Positions 1-10,971 of a stretch of DNA of 64,000 nt are shown here, one piece after another; the first letter of the stretch is position 1; every line of letters starts with the position of its first letter. The notes under the pieces are model-generated. The model worked only from the letters and a program-made list of their open reading frames with translations, was not told the origin of the DNA and ran no database searches. The translations under genes and the position numbers were made by a program. Origin of the DNA: Spirochaetota bacterium (GTDB taxonomy: Bacteria; Spirochaetota; JAAYUW01; JAOAHJ01); the NCBI GenBank assembly GCA_026415295.1, contig JAOAHJ010000016.1:18737-82736 (forward strand), in the 5' to 3' direction.

Positions 1-1496
1 TCCCTCTTTGCTGGTTTTCCACATTTTGGACATTCAGTATTTATCCACCAATCAATATTAACAAGTGGAGACTCTCCTGTTCCAGATGGTTCATATTCTT
101 TAATATCTGGTAAAACCAATGGTAACTGGTCTTCATTAAGTGGTACAATACCACATTTATCACAAATAACAACAGGTATAGGTTCACCCCAATATCTTTG
201 TCTTGAAAATATCCAATCCCTTAATTTGTAACTTACTCCTTTTTTCCCTATACCTTTCTCTTCTAAAAATTTTATTATCTCTTTTTTAAATGTAGAAGTA
301 TCCATCCCATCAAATTGACCTGAATTTATTGCATATCCCTCTTCTTCAAAAGCTTCTTCAAGATTGTCAATTAATTTACCTTTTTCCTTTGCCACTACTT
401 GGATTATTGGTAAATTAAATTTTTTAGCAAATTCAAAATCTCTACTATCATGACCAGGCACAGCCATTATAGCACCAGTTCCATATGTCAAAAGAATATA
501 ATCTGAAATATAAATCGGAATTTTTTTATCATTAGCTGGATTTATTGCATAAGCTCCAGTAAAACAACCTGTTTTTTCCTTATTAAGAGATGTTCTTTCT
601 AAATCTGATTTTTTAGCAGCATATTCTTTATACTTTTTAACTTCATCCCTTTGGTCATTTGTTGTTATTTTATCAACCAATGGATGCTCTGGTGCAATTA
701 CCATAAAAGTGACACCAAAAATGGTGTCTGGTCTTGTAGTATAAACTTCAATATAATCATCATATCCAAATATCTTAAATTTAATGTAAGCTCCCTCAGA
801 CCTTCCAATCCAATTTCTTTGCATCAATTTAATGTCTTCAGGCCAATCTAATTCATCAAGATCTTCTAATAATCTATCAGCATATTTTGTTATTCTTAAA
901 ATCCATTGAGGAAGATTTTTCCTATATACCTCTGTACCACATCTTTCACATTTTCCATCAACAACTTCTTCATTTGAAATTCCAGTTTTACAAGAAGGAC
1001 AAAAATTAATTGGAGCTTCAGTTTTATATGCAAGATCATTTTTTAAAAGTTGAATAAATATCCATTGAGTCCATTTATAATATTCGGGGTCAGTAGTTTT
1101 TATTTCTCTTGACCAATCATATCCCAGACCAATCATTTTTATTTGCCTTTTAAAATTTTCTATATTTTTGTCTGTAACAATAGCAGGATGGACTTTATTT
1201 TTAATAGCATAATTTTCAGCAGGTAAACCAAAAGCATCCCATCCCATAGGATGAAGTACATTGTATCCATTTAGTTTATAATATTTAGCAATAATATCAG
1301 TAGCAGTATATCCCTCTGGGTGACCTACATGTAAACCTTCACCAGATGGGTAAGGAAACATATCAAGAATATAAATCCTTTTTTCTTTTGGATATTTTAA
1401 ATCTTCTTTAACTTCAAATGTTTTATCTTTATCCCAAAAATCTTGCCATTTTTTTTCAATTTCTAAATGATTGTAATTGATTTTTTTATCATTCAT
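1..1496 (-). CDS. leuS: Leucyl-tRNA synthetase, N-terminal ~498 aa (partial, runs off window start)
   Basis: Reverse translation from ATG at 1494-1496 reads [60 protein letters not shown].... FPYPSGxLHVGH is the LeuS class-I HIGH region. An open frame continues to position 1 (editing/CP1-like region with CPSCKTG.. Cys motifs). Not in the ORF track because it is truncated at the edge. Confidence 0.85.
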   Translation of the reverse strand, partial: MNDKKINYNHLEIEKKWQDFWDKDKTFEVKEDLKYPKEKRIYILDMFPYPSGEGLHVGHPEGYTATDIIAKYYKLNGYNVLHPMGWDAFGLPAENYAIKNKVHPAIVTDKNIENFKRQIKMIGLGYDWSREIKTTDPEYYKWTQWIFIQLLKNDLAYKTEAPINFCPSCKTGISNEEVVDGKCERCGTEVYRKNLPQWILRITKYADRLLEDLDELDWPEDIKLMQRNWIGRSEGAYIKFKIFGYDDYIEVYTTRPDTIFGVTFMVIAPEHPLVDKITTNDQRDEVKKYKEYAAKKSDLERTSLNKEKTGCFTGAYAINPANDKKIPIYISDYILLTYGTGAIMAVPGHDSRDFEFAKKFNLPIIQVVAKEKGKLIDNLEEAFEEEGYAINSGQFDGMDTSTFKKEIIKFLEEKGIGKKGVSYKLRDWIFSRQRYWGEPIPVVICDKCGIVPLNEDQLPLVLPDIKEYEPSGTGESPLVNIDWWINTECPKCGKPAKR

Positions 1497-1633
1497 AATA
1501 TCACCCTTTTGTAATCTTAATAATTTATCTTAACTTTTAAATATTATTAAATATTAATGATTATTTTAGTTTTTTTATTATTAATTAATCTAATTTTATT
1601 TAAATCTTTGATAATACATCTTTCTAAAGTATT

Positions 1634-3736
1634 TTAGTTAATACTTTTAATTTTTTTTACAATAGAATCTTTATCTATACCATATTTTCTATAAATTGAT
1701 TTATAATCTCCAGATGGTGCATAATCTGTAATTCCAAAGTTATACTTTTTAACTTTTATATTTTTTTTAATAATAATATTATTTAATATCGTATTTAATC
1801 CATTTTTTATATTATGATCTTCTGTTACAATAATTATTTTATTGTTTATCATTTCTGAAAAAATATCCAAAAATTTTTCATCTATATAATTAGGAGTTGA
1901 AATATTAACTAAAGCAACATTTATATTATATTTAATTTCTTCATAAGCTAAATATGCTTCAGAAAATGCAGGTCCACAAGAAATTAAAAATATATCAGCT
2001 TTTATATCTTTATAATTCAAATCATTTTTAAATCTTTGATCAAATCCTTCATAAAAAATATCAAAAATACCAGGAGTAAATATATAATTATTATTAAAAT
2101 ATGAATTTCCATCTTTATCTAACACAATTGGAGATTTTGCTCTACCCATCACTACATAAAAATTTCCATCTCTTTTAGCAATATATCTTAAAACATGTTT
2201 TGTATGATTTGGATCACATGGCAATATTAACATCGAGTTGTAAAAACAAGATGTTAATGCTATATAATTGATACAATGGTGAGTTTTTCCATCTTCTCCT
2301 ACATTTGTTCCAGCATGAGTATAAACAGCTTTTAAATTGCATTCATTAATATCATTGAGTCTTTGTTGATTAAAAGTCTCATCTAAACCAAATATTGCAA
2401 AATCTGAAAAAAATACAAGTGCATTTTCTTTTGATAAAAAACCAGCACATGTTGCTGCATGGTGCTCTTGGATTCCAGTTTGTATAAAATCTTCTTTAAA
2501 TTCTTTTTCAAAAGAATTTGTTTTAACAGACTCTGCAAGATCACAATCAAAAACAAATATATTCCCTCCTACCTGCTTAAACTCTTTTGCTATTTCTAAT
2601 AATTCTTCACCATAAGCAGACCTACAATCAATAGATTTATCTTTTCCATAATAATTAAAAGGTTTATCTGATAATTTTGAAATACAGTTATTAAAATAAT
2701 CCCTTTTTTTTGTTCTTAAGGATCTATCCCATATTTTTAATAATTTATTTTTAACATTCTCAAAATTATACTCTTTTCTTAATCTTAAAAGCTCATCTAA
2801 ATCATCAAATTCTTTTAATTCTTCTAAAGCTTTTTTTGCTAAATCTAAAGGTAAAGTAGCACCATGATATTTTTCTTTATTTTCCATAAAAGACACACCT
2901 TTGCCCATAACTGTTCTTGCAAGGATACAATAATTATTATTTTTATCATTATAACTAGTTTTTAAAACTTTATAGATCTCATTAAAATCATGACCATCTA
3001 TTTCTACTACATAAAAACCCCCTGCTTCCCATTCACTTTTTAAATTCTGTGGCATAACTTTTTCTATATTACCTGATATTTGTAATTTATTGTAATCTAT
3101 AATAACAGTTATATTTGTTAAGCCATACTTTTTAATGAATCTTCTAGCTTCTGAAATTTGTCCTTTTTGTTGTTCACCATCTCCCATAAAAACCCAAACA
3201 TGAGAATTAAAACTTTTCTTTTTATAATACAAAGCTTTTGCAGCAGCAGCAGAAAGTCCCTGACCTAAATTTCCAGTATCCCATTCTACTAAAGGAATAA
3301 TATTTTCAACATGCCCTGAAAATGGTGAATTTGAAAGCCTAAATCCTGAATTTACCTCTTTCTCATCTAACAAACCAAATACAACTAAAGCTGAATACCA
3401 CCCTGGAGATGTATGCCCATGAGAAATAATAAAAGAATCTATATCTTTATCTAAAAAGAAATCTTTAGTTAAACTAAATATCTTGCTTTTTTTTTCATTT
3501 TCTTCAAAATTATATTCAGAAAAATCAATCTCACCTGAATTAATTTTTAAAAAATTATTAAAGATGTTTGAGAATAAAATTGTCGTAATATAAAAATCAA
3601 TTGATGACATAGATCCACCAGGATGACCTGAATTTGCAACTGAAGTCATTTTGATAATGTTAGCTCTTGCTCTTTTTGAAACAATCTTAAGCCATTCTAT
3701 ATAATTGCTAGGTAAATTATTTAATATAAACCTCAC
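1634..3736 (-). CDS. tkt: Transketolase (single-chain, 700 aa)
   Basis: ANSGHPGGSMS (TPP-binding SGHPG), GNLGQG, VFMGDGEQQKG, IDGHD, ILARTVMGKGV, then pyrimidine-binding-domain-like QTGIQEHHAATCAGF. Order and spacing match TktA. Confidence 0.8.
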   Translation of the reverse strand: MRFILNNLPSNYIEWLKIVSKRARANIIKMTSVANSGHPGGSMSSIDFYITTILFSNIFNNFLKINSGEIDFSEYNFEENEKKSKIFSLTKDFFLDKDIDSFIISHGHTSPGWYSALVVFGLLDEKEVNSGFRLSNSPFSGHVENIIPLVEWDTGNLGQGLSAAAAKALYYKKKSFNSHVWVFMGDGEQQKGQISEARRFIKKYGLTNITVIIDYNKLQISGNIEKVMPQNLKSEWEAGGFYVVEIDGHDFNEIYKVLKTSYNDKNNNYCILARTVMGKGVSFMENKEKYHGATLPLDLAKKALEELKEFDDLDELLRLRKEYNFENVKNKLLKIWDRSLRTKKRDYFNNCISKLSDKPFNYYGKDKSIDCRSAYGEELLEIAKEFKQVGGNIFVFDCDLAESVKTNSFEKEFKEDFIQTGIQEHHAATCAGFLSKENALVFFSDFAIFGLDETFNQQRLNDINECNLKAVYTHAGTNVGEDGKTHHCINYIALTSCFYNSMLILPCDPNHTKHVLRYIAKRDGNFYVVMGRAKSPIVLDKDGNSYFNNNYIFTPGIFDIFYEGFDQRFKNDLNYKDIKADIFLISCGPAFSEAYLAYEEIKYNINVALVNISTPNYIDEKFLDIFSEMINNKIIIVTEDHNIKNGLNTILNNIIIKKNIKVKKYNFGITDYAPSGDYKSIYRKYGIDKDSIVKKIKSIN

Positions 3737-3906
3737 AAATCACCCCTTATCATTTTAAGAAAATATTAAATAAATAATTTAGTCTTAATTTGATTAATCA
3801 AATCTCACTGAATTAAATTCATTATATTAAAAAATAAAATTAATATTAATAATAATATATATTCAAAATAGGAAGTTATATAATATTAAAAATCTATAAA
3901 AAAATT

Positions 3907-5340
3907 TTAACAATCAAAATACTCAATATATTCTAAAGGAGTAACTTCTCTATTTAGCAAATCTAATTCTTTTCTTTTCGTTCTAATATATGCATCAATA
4001 AAATTTTTAGTAAAAACATTACCTTGAAGAAGAAATTCATGATCTTTTTCTAATTCATCTAAAGCTTCTTTAAAAGAAGTAGGTATTGACTTTATTTTGT
4101 TTCTCTCTTCATCATTTAAATCATGTATATTTTTATCAAATGGTCCATAGCCATAAACTGTAGGGTCAATTTTATTTTTAACACCATCAAGTCCTGCCAT
4201 TAAAATTGCAGGAATTGCAAAATATGGATTACATGTAGCATCAGGGGTCCTAAACTCAAATCTTTTTTCCTCTTCAGAAGTAGCATATTTAGGTATTCTT
4301 ATTGCAGCAGATCTATTACCTAGAGAAAAGAAAAGATTTGTTGGTGCTTCAAAACCAGGAACTAATCTTTTATATGAGTTTGTAGAAGGATTAGTAAATG
4401 CTACTAAGGCTCTTCCATGATGTAAAATACCCCCCATAAAAAATAAAGCATCTTTTGATAAATTTGCGTATTCATTTCCATAAAAAATATTTTTACCATT
4501 CTTTTTTATCAACATATGCATATGAAGTCCAGATCCTGCATCTTGAGATAAAGGTTTTGGCATAAATGTAGCAAAGAGGCCAAATTTTCTTGCAACATTC
4601 TTGACTATATATTTAATTAAAACAGTGTATTCACATGCTTTAAATAACTCAACAAGAGGAATCTCTATCTCATGTTGAGATGGACCTGCAACTTCATGAT
4701 GGTGGTATTTAAAAGGAATATTAAAATTTTTCATAGTATTTACAATTTCTTGTCTTACACAAAAATATCTATCATTTGGAAAACTTCGATGATATCCTTG
4801 TTGTTTAATCATTGGTAAATAAAAAACCTCATTCCCCTTCGCATCATTATTCCAATAACCCTCTTCAGAGTCTATATGATAAAAAGAATAATGAGATTTA
4901 TTATCGTAAGATACTTTATTAAAAAGAAAAAATTCATATTCAGGAGCAACCATGAAAGTATCTCCAAATTGTAAAGATTTCATGTAATCAGTTGCTTTCT
5001 TTGAAATAAATCTAGGATCATCTTGGAATTGTTCTCTTGTATCAGCTTCCTTTATATAACACATAAAAGACAATATTTTATTTGTTGCGAAAGGTTCATA
5101 ATGCAAAGTATCCAAATCTGGAATAAGAACAAGATCGCCAGCTGAAACTTTCCTGAAGCCTGTAACAGAAGAACCATCAAATCCAATACCTTCTAAAAGT
5201 AAATTTTCATCAAATTCTTCATTTGATATTGTAACTCTTCTAATTGAACCTTTTAAATCTATGAATTTTAAATCAATTGCTTCAATATTTTCTTGATTAA
5301 TAATTTTTTTTATTTCACTGATTTTTTCCTTTACTCCCAT
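3907..5340 (-). CDS. glnA: Glutamine synthetase type I
   Basis: 477 aa; KPLSQDAGSGLHMHM (GS ATP-binding signature GSGxHxH), GS beta-grasp and catalytic layout, NPYF..MAGLDG C-terminal region. Confidence 0.85.
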   Translation of the reverse strand: MGVKEKISEIKKIINQENIEAIDLKFIDLKGSIRRVTISNEEFDENLLLEGIGFDGSSVTGFRKVSAGDLVLIPDLDTLHYEPFATNKILSFMCYIKEADTREQFQDDPRFISKKATDYMKSLQFGDTFMVAPEYEFFLFNKVSYDNKSHYSFYHIDSEEGYWNNDAKGNEVFYLPMIKQQGYHRSFPNDRYFCVRQEIVNTMKNFNIPFKYHHHEVAGPSQHEIEIPLVELFKACEYTVLIKYIVKNVARKFGLFATFMPKPLSQDAGSGLHMHMLIKKNGKNIFYGNEYANLSKDALFFMGGILHHGRALVAFTNPSTNSYKRLVPGFEAPTNLFFSLGNRSAAIRIPKYATSEEEKRFEFRTPDATCNPYFAIPAILMAGLDGVKNKIDPTVYGYGPFDKNIHDLNDEERNKIKSIPTSFKEALDELEKDHEFLLQGNVFTKNFIDAYIRTKRKELDLLNREVTPLEYIEYFDC

Positions 5341-5566
5341 TTAATACTCCTTTTGTGTTTTTAATTCATTAAACTAAATATTTAAAAATATATAAAAAAT
5401 AGATCATATATTAAAAAAATATTTTTATAAAAAATACTTAAACAATTTTTAATAAAGAATATTCAATTAAAAACATCATTATTAATATCTTTAATTAAAA
5501 TTATCTTATAAATATTAATTATCAAGTAATTTTTAATAATAATTAAATTTATCTTATAATTATTTC

Positions 5567-5618
5567 TAAAAAAAAATGGGAGACTTTTATTTATTTAATT
5601 TTTAAAAAAGCCTCCCAT
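5567..5618 (-). terminator. Putative rho-independent terminator downstream of the 5729..7375 transporter gene
   Basis: On the minus strand: stem atgggag(g)c / g(t)ctcccat (plus coords 5576-5584 and 5610-5618) followed by a U9 run (plus-strand A-run 5567-5575). The loop is long (~25 nt), so confidence is moderate. Confidence 0.35.
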
Positions 5619-5728
5619 CTTATCTATATAAAAATATTTAAGAAAAATTATTAAATTTAATAATTAAAAATAATCAATATAATTTAATCTAAGGATAAAT
5701 TTAATTAAAAACAATAATTATGAAGTCT

Positions 5729-7375
5729 TTAGATATTATCATACTTTTTATCAAAAAAAGAAGAAATTAATATATAACCCACTAAAAATAAAATAAAACT
5801 AATTAAACCAGAAACAAATACATTTTTAATTATTCCTGCAATAATGTAACCTATTCCTGAAATAAAAGCTACAAATAAAGCATATGGAATTTGAGTAGTA
5901 ACATGCTCTAAATGTGGACAAGAAGCTCCAGTTGAAGAAAGAATTGTAGTATCTGATATTGGTGAACAGTGATCTCCAAAAATTGCTCCTGCTAGTATAC
6001 CACCCACAGTAATTAATGAAATATTCAACATATTACTATACGAATAACCTAAAGATTGAGATAGAGATATTACTATTGGCAAAGAAATAGGAATCATAAT
6101 TGTAAAAGTTCCCCAACTTGTACCTGTTGAAAAAGAAATAAGGCATGAAATTATAAATACAAGTATAGGTAAAATTGAAATTGGAAAATTACCTTCAACG
6201 AATATATTAGATAAATAAACAGGTAAACCAAGCCCACCTTCCGATTTTGGGGTTTTAATTAATCCTGAAATAGTCCATGCTAAAGCAAGAATAACCAAAG
6301 CAGGAATCATGGATTTTATTCCTTCAATTATAGCTTCTCCAGCTTTTCTCAAATTAAGGAGTTTTCTTACTATAAAATAAATATAAGATAAAACAATAGT
6401 AAATATAATAGCATAAAATAAAGCAGCAGAAGCATCAGTGTCTTTAAAAGCATCCCCAATACTTATTTTTCTAAAGCTTTCACTTAAATTTTTAATATTT
6501 TCTCCATTAATAGAATTTATGTAAGTAACCATTGGGAAGAAAACAACACATGAAATTATTAGAATTAATAATGGTATTATCATATCAAAAGGTTTAACAT
6601 TATTGTTTTCATCTTTAGTTTCTATTTTTCCTGTTACTGGTCCATATTTATCTTCATTAAATAAAATGTTTTTATTTATAGCTAGCATCTCACTATCTCT
6701 CATAGGTCCAAAATCTTTATTATAAATAATTATAGCTAAAACCATAAGTATTGTTAATAATGCATAAAAATTTACAGGAATTAGTTTGATAAAAAAAGCA
6801 AACTCAGATATTTTTAAGTTTACAAATCCTTCAGAACCTCTTATAACACTCATAACAGTAACAACCCAACTTGAAATTGGTGCAATAATACAAACAGGAG
6901 CTGCTGTTGAATCAAGAATATATGAAAGTTTTGCTCTTGAAATCTTTTTCTCATCAGTAACTGGCCTCATTACAGTACCAATAGTAAGTGAATTGAAATA
7001 ATCATCAATAAAAATTATTAATCCAAAAATCCATGTAACTAAAAGAGCTCCTTTTCTACTCTTAACATTTGAGGAAGCCCATTTACCAAAAGCATAAGCT
7101 GCACCAGTTTTTGATAACATACCAACAAATGCCCCCAGCAAAGCACAAAATAATACTATTCTTATATTCCAACCATCAGATAAAGCATTTGCAATTCTAT
7201 CAGTTAATGCAAGTAAAGCACTAAAAGGATCACCATTAGCTACAATTAGAGTACCAGCAAATATTCCTACAAAAAGAGAAAAAATAACATCTTTTGTTAT
7301 AAAAGCAAGAACTATAATTAATATTGGAGGAAGAAGTCCTAATATACCAAAACTATCCATAAAACCCCCATTCAA
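5729..7375 (-). CDS. Polytopic membrane transporter, NhaC-family Na+/H+ antiporter-like
   Basis: 548 aa, >10 predicted TM helices. DDYFNSLTIGTVMRPVTD motif resembles the NhaC family. No soluble domains. Confidence 0.4.
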   Translation of the reverse strand: MNGGFMDSFGILGLLPPILIIVLAFITKDVIFSLFVGIFAGTLIVANGDPFSALLALTDRIANALSDGWNIRIVLFCALLGAFVGMLSKTGAAYAFGKWASSNVKSRKGALLVTWIFGLIIFIDDYFNSLTIGTVMRPVTDEKKISRAKLSYILDSTAAPVCIIAPISSWVVTVMSVIRGSEGFVNLKISEFAFFIKLIPVNFYALLTILMVLAIIIYNKDFGPMRDSEMLAINKNILFNEDKYGPVTGKIETKDENNNVKPFDMIIPLLILIISCVVFFPMVTYINSINGENIKNLSESFRKISIGDAFKDTDASAALFYAIIFTIVLSYIYFIVRKLLNLRKAGEAIIEGIKSMIPALVILALAWTISGLIKTPKSEGGLGLPVYLSNIFVEGNFPISILPILVFIISCLISFSTGTSWGTFTIMIPISLPIVISLSQSLGYSYSNMLNISLITVGGILAGAIFGDHCSPISDTTILSSTGASCPHLEHVTTQIPYALFVAFISGIGYIIAGIIKNVFVSGLISFILFLVGYILISSFFDKKYDNI

Positions 7376-7433
7376 GTAATTATATGGTAATTATTAAATA
7401 TTTTTTTTATATGTCAATAGAAATTTAATTTTA

Positions 7434-9401
7434 TTAAATAAAATAAATATTTATTATTTTTTGGATCAGTTTGATATCTTTTAAATTGATCTCTTCGAGA
7501 TTTCTTTTTTTATTATTAAAGTAAAATAAACTATATACTATTTTACTAAAAAGCTCATTTTCTCTATATAATTTTCGAATATAATTTATTAAATATTCTA
7601 CATCATTTTTTCTTTCAATATTTATATTTTTAATTTCTTCTTTTAATTCTTTTATTTTATTTTTCAAATTATTAAAACTATTCTTTTCCAAATCTGTTAT
7701 ATAATTTTTTATAAAAATATTTTTATTATATTTTTTATCTATCTTGAAACTATTATTATTAAAATTTTCATTTATATAATTTATAGAATTTAATATAAAA
7801 TCTTCATCAAAATATATTCTATTTCTATACGAATAAAATTCTGTTTCAAATAAATTTCTATTTTTTAATAACTCAAAAGATGATTTTGTATTTTTACTAT
7901 CTTTTTTTTTCAAACAGAATTTAGTCAACTGACCAACTAAGGTATTTATAAAATTAGATTTAAATAGATTATAGTTATAATCTAAAGTTTCTTTACAATG
8001 ATAAATGTATTTTTGAAAACCTGAATCAAAACCATAAACATAAACTTCTTCAAAAAACAAAAGGGCAAATACAATAGCTAAAAGAGAAACATTACCATAA
8101 GCTGGAATTCTGGAAAGATTTGTTTCTTTAATTATTAAGTATGATAGTGGATTTATTGCCGCCCATGTATTATTAACATCTTTTACAACTGAAGAAAAAT
8201 AAATTTTAAGATTATTTTTAAATTTTAATGAAATCTTATAAATTGAAGAAATCTCTATAATAAATATTTCATTTTTTTTATTTTTTAAATTTAATTTTTT
8301 ATAAGGTAAATTTATAAAGTCATAATAATTTAATTTTTGTGAATCAAGGACAATTACAAAATCTGGATTAATACCTTTTTTTAAAAAATATTTATAAACT
8401 GTATCTACAACAATTATAGCTACTCCATTTTTTTGAATATTACTTAAAATATCAAAGTTTATATTATTTATAGAATATCCTGCTCCAAATACAAAGGCTT
8501 TACTAAAGGGCCTGTTGATTGGGAAATTTTTTATAGATTTTTTAATAAAAAATAAATTATTCAATAGATTAATTAATTGTTGCTTTATTAATATTTCGTA
8601 TGTTTTCTTATCTGAAAACTTATTTAATAATAATCTAATAAATTCAACTACTATAAAAAATTTTTCAAAATATGAATTTTTTAATGTCTTTTTATCAATA
8701 TAAATGTTTTCTAAGTTAAAATTGTTTTGAATATTAAAATGTAAAAATAAACTAAAAAAATTAATAAAATTCTTATTTTTTAAAAATTTTGTAAAATTTA
8801 AATTTGTAATTCCATTAGAAGTATTATTTTTAGATTCTTCATCAAAACAATTAACTGAATCTATAATTAAATCTAATAAAATTCTATTTTTTTCTTTATC
8901 AAAAATAGGAAAAAAATAAAAACACTCATAAAGAAAATCAATTTCTTTTTCTATTGAAAATTCATCTATAGATAAAAAAAAATTTAAATAATTACTAATC
9001 GTATCTAATTTAATAAAAGGAAATACAAATAACCATTTATTGAAATTAACTTTCTCAAATGAATAATATTCCAGTATCTGTCTAAAAAATTCTAGGTCAT
9101 CAAAAAAAAATATAAGATATTTATCAAAAAAAAGATTTATATTTTCAAAAATAAAAATTAAAAAATATTCTTCTAGGATTAAGTATATTTCTTTTTCTTT
9201 TATTGGCAAAATATTTATCTTTTTATCTTTAAAAAATTTATTAAAAGCAGAAATAATATTTTCATTCAAATTCTTACTCTTGACATCAAAATGTGAGAAA
9301 GAAGAACTATTTTCCTTTGAAACTAAAACATTATACAAGTCTTTCAAATTTTGCTGTATAATTATTAAATTCTTTTGATAAAACACTTTGAAAAATCCCA
9401 A
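7434..9401 (-). CDS. MptE-like/DUF115 domain protein (motility-accessory-factor Maf-like putative glycosyltransferase), low-complexity N/K/F-rich
   Basis: Core AFVFGAGYSINNINFDILSNIQKNGVAIIVVDTVYKYFLKKGINPDFVIVLDSQ matches the G-x-G-P/Y-S-L ... V/I-DTA...GI.PDF(V/I)(V/I)S(L/I)D signature of DUF115/Maf (PF01973-like). The rest is low complexity. Confidence 0.4.
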   Translation of the reverse strand: MGFFKVFYQKNLIIIQQNLKDLYNVLVSKENSSSFSHFDVKSKNLNENIISAFNKFFKDKKINILPIKEKEIYLILEEYFLIFIFENINLFFDKYLIFFFDDLEFFRQILEYYSFEKVNFNKWLFVFPFIKLDTISNYLNFFLSIDEFSIEKEIDFLYECFYFFPIFDKEKNRILLDLIIDSVNCFDEESKNNTSNGITNLNFTKFLKNKNFINFFSLFLHFNIQNNFNLENIYIDKKTLKNSYFEKFFIVVEFIRLLLNKFSDKKTYEILIKQQLINLLNNLFFIKKSIKNFPINRPFSKAFVFGAGYSINNINFDILSNIQKNGVAIIVVDTVYKYFLKKGINPDFVIVLDSQKLNYYDFINLPYKKLNLKNKKNEIFIIEISSIYKISLKFKNNLKIYFSSVVKDVNNTWAAINPLSYLIIKETNLSRIPAYGNVSLLAIVFALLFFEEVYVYGFDSGFQKYIYHCKETLDYNYNLFKSNFINTLVGQLTKFCLKKKDSKNTKSSFELLKNRNLFETEFYSYRNRIYFDEDFILNSINYINENFNNNSFKIDKKYNKNIFIKNYITDLEKNSFNNLKNKIKELKEEIKNINIERKNDVEYLINYIRKLYRENELFSKIVYSLFYFNNKKRNLEEINLKDIKLIQKIINIYFI

Positions 9402-9423
9402 AAAGTTAAATTAATTATATATT

Positions 9424-10830
9424 TTAACTTTTAGTGTTAAAAATATTATACCTTTTTATTTTTGATCTATCTTTAAGATTTTGTAAAAAGTCTGAATTAA
9501 ACAAAAACTTAAATAATTCTTGAAATTTTTTAATATTACCAGCTTTTTTATCTTCAAAATCTTTTTTTGATTTTATATTAAATTTTTCAAGATAGAAAAC
9601 AATATAACCATCTGTAATTTTTATAGGTCCAGTAATTTGTCCTTCTTTTAATTTTAAAACTGTATTAAAAAATTCATCATCAACTCTTGAAGAATATTTG
9701 TCAGAAAAATGGCCTTTATAATTAAATTCATTTGATTCATATATTTCTTTATTAGATTCTTTAGCAACTTTCTCAAAATCTTGAGTATTTATAAATTTAT
9801 TAGTGAATTCAGTTGCTTTATCATAAGCTTTCTTTAGTAATATATTTTGCTGCATTTGAATATATTCCTTTTTAATATTTTCTTTAACTTTATCAAAATC
9901 TTGCTTATATGGAGGTTTTATACATTTAATAATATGAAAACCATATTGAGTTTTTACAGGTTTAGTTATATCACCAGCATTTTTTAAAGAAAATGCAGCA
10001 TCTGAAAATTCTTTCACCATAGCATATTTATCAAATACTCCAAGATATCCTCCTTTTTCTTTTGTCCCTGGATCTTCAGAAAACTCTTTAGCTAAAGTTT
10101 CAAATTTATCTGGATTAGCAATAACAGTCTGATAAATCTGATTTGCTTTTTCCTCATCTTTAATCAAAATATGAGCTGCTTCCATTTCTATATATTTATC
10201 TGTTGAAGTTTCATAAATCTTTTTTAGTTCCTCTTCAGAAATAAAATCTTCTAATTCAAATACTACAAATTTTCCTTTAAAAGTATCTTCAGATAACTTG
10301 AAATAATTATAAGCTTCGAGATCAGAAAAAAGTACTGATCCAAATTCTATATCCTTGTTCATTATTTGAGTTAACAGATAATTTTCTACCCTTTTTAATA
10401 TTTTGTATTTTTCAGATTCAGTATACTTATTAAATACAAACTCCCCTTTTTCATCATAAAAAATATTTTCACTCTTTATTTTATTTAAAATTGAAACCTC
10501 GCTGACATTAATTCCAAATTTTTTTGCAAATTGTAATTGAATTTTATTATCAATAACTTCATTTAAAGCCATTTGTAAAAGTTGCATTTGCATTTGTTCA
10601 TTTATATCTTGAAAAAATTGAGAATAATATTTAAGATACATTTGATAATTATCATATAATTCTGAATCTCTTGTTAAATAAATATCTTCACCATTTACAG
10701 TTGCTACTACATTTTGATTATGAGATCTATTTATATATAGAAATGCAGAACCTCCAACAAAAGAAATTATTATAATAACAGCTAATATCCATGAAAATAT
10801 TTTGTTTATCTTGCTATCCTTATAACCCAT
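9424..10830 (-). CDS. Membrane-anchored PpiC/parvulin-type peptidyl-prolyl isomerase (PpiD/PrsA/SurA-like periplasmic chaperone)
   Basis: N-terminal TM helix. Parvulin domain FETLAKEFSEDPGTKEKGGYLGVF...GDITKPVKTQYGFHIIK. 468 aa. Confidence 0.7.
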   Translation of the reverse strand: MGYKDSKINKIFSWILAVIIIISFVGGSAFLYINRSHNQNVVATVNGEDIYLTRDSELYDNYQMYLKYYSQFFQDINEQMQMQLLQMALNEVIDNKIQLQFAKKFGINVSEVSILNKIKSENIFYDEKGEFVFNKYTESEKYKILKRVENYLLTQIMNKDIEFGSVLFSDLEAYNYFKLSEDTFKGKFVVFELEDFISEEELKKIYETSTDKYIEMEAAHILIKDEEKANQIYQTVIANPDKFETLAKEFSEDPGTKEKGGYLGVFDKYAMVKEFSDAAFSLKNAGDITKPVKTQYGFHIIKCIKPPYKQDFDKVKENIKKEYIQMQQNILLKKAYDKATEFTNKFINTQDFEKVAKESNKEIYESNEFNYKGHFSDKYSSRVDDEFFNTVLKLKEGQITGPIKITDGYIVFYLEKFNIKSKKDFEDKKAGNIKKFQELFKFLFNSDFLQNLKDRSKIKRYNIFNTKS

Positions 10831-10971
10831 ATTTATTCCTTACTATTTTTATTTCAAATGATTGTAGTTGTTAAATTTCTAACATAAAAATTATCTTTGT
10901 CAATATATACTATATTTTAAGTTTTTATTGACTTTTTATTTTAGTTAAATAAATTTTAGTAAGAATAACAT

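Noticed and set aside
651-851. 66-aa + strand ORF
   Set aside because: Lies antisense inside the clearly coding leuS frame; composition-driven spurious ORF.
1634-3736. Possibility that the 700-aa transketolase is an unusual fusion of split N/C subunits
   Set aside because: Single-chain transketolases are normally ~660-700 aa; the domain order is canonical, so nothing unusual.
5341-5728. glnA leader as a glutamine riboswitch / T-box
   Set aside because: The region is almost pure A/T. Its only defined stem is the 5576-5618 hairpin, which is better explained as the terminator of the upstream transporter gene.
6786-7001. 71-aa + ORF
   Set aside because: Antisense within the polytopic transporter gene; no RBS and no motif.
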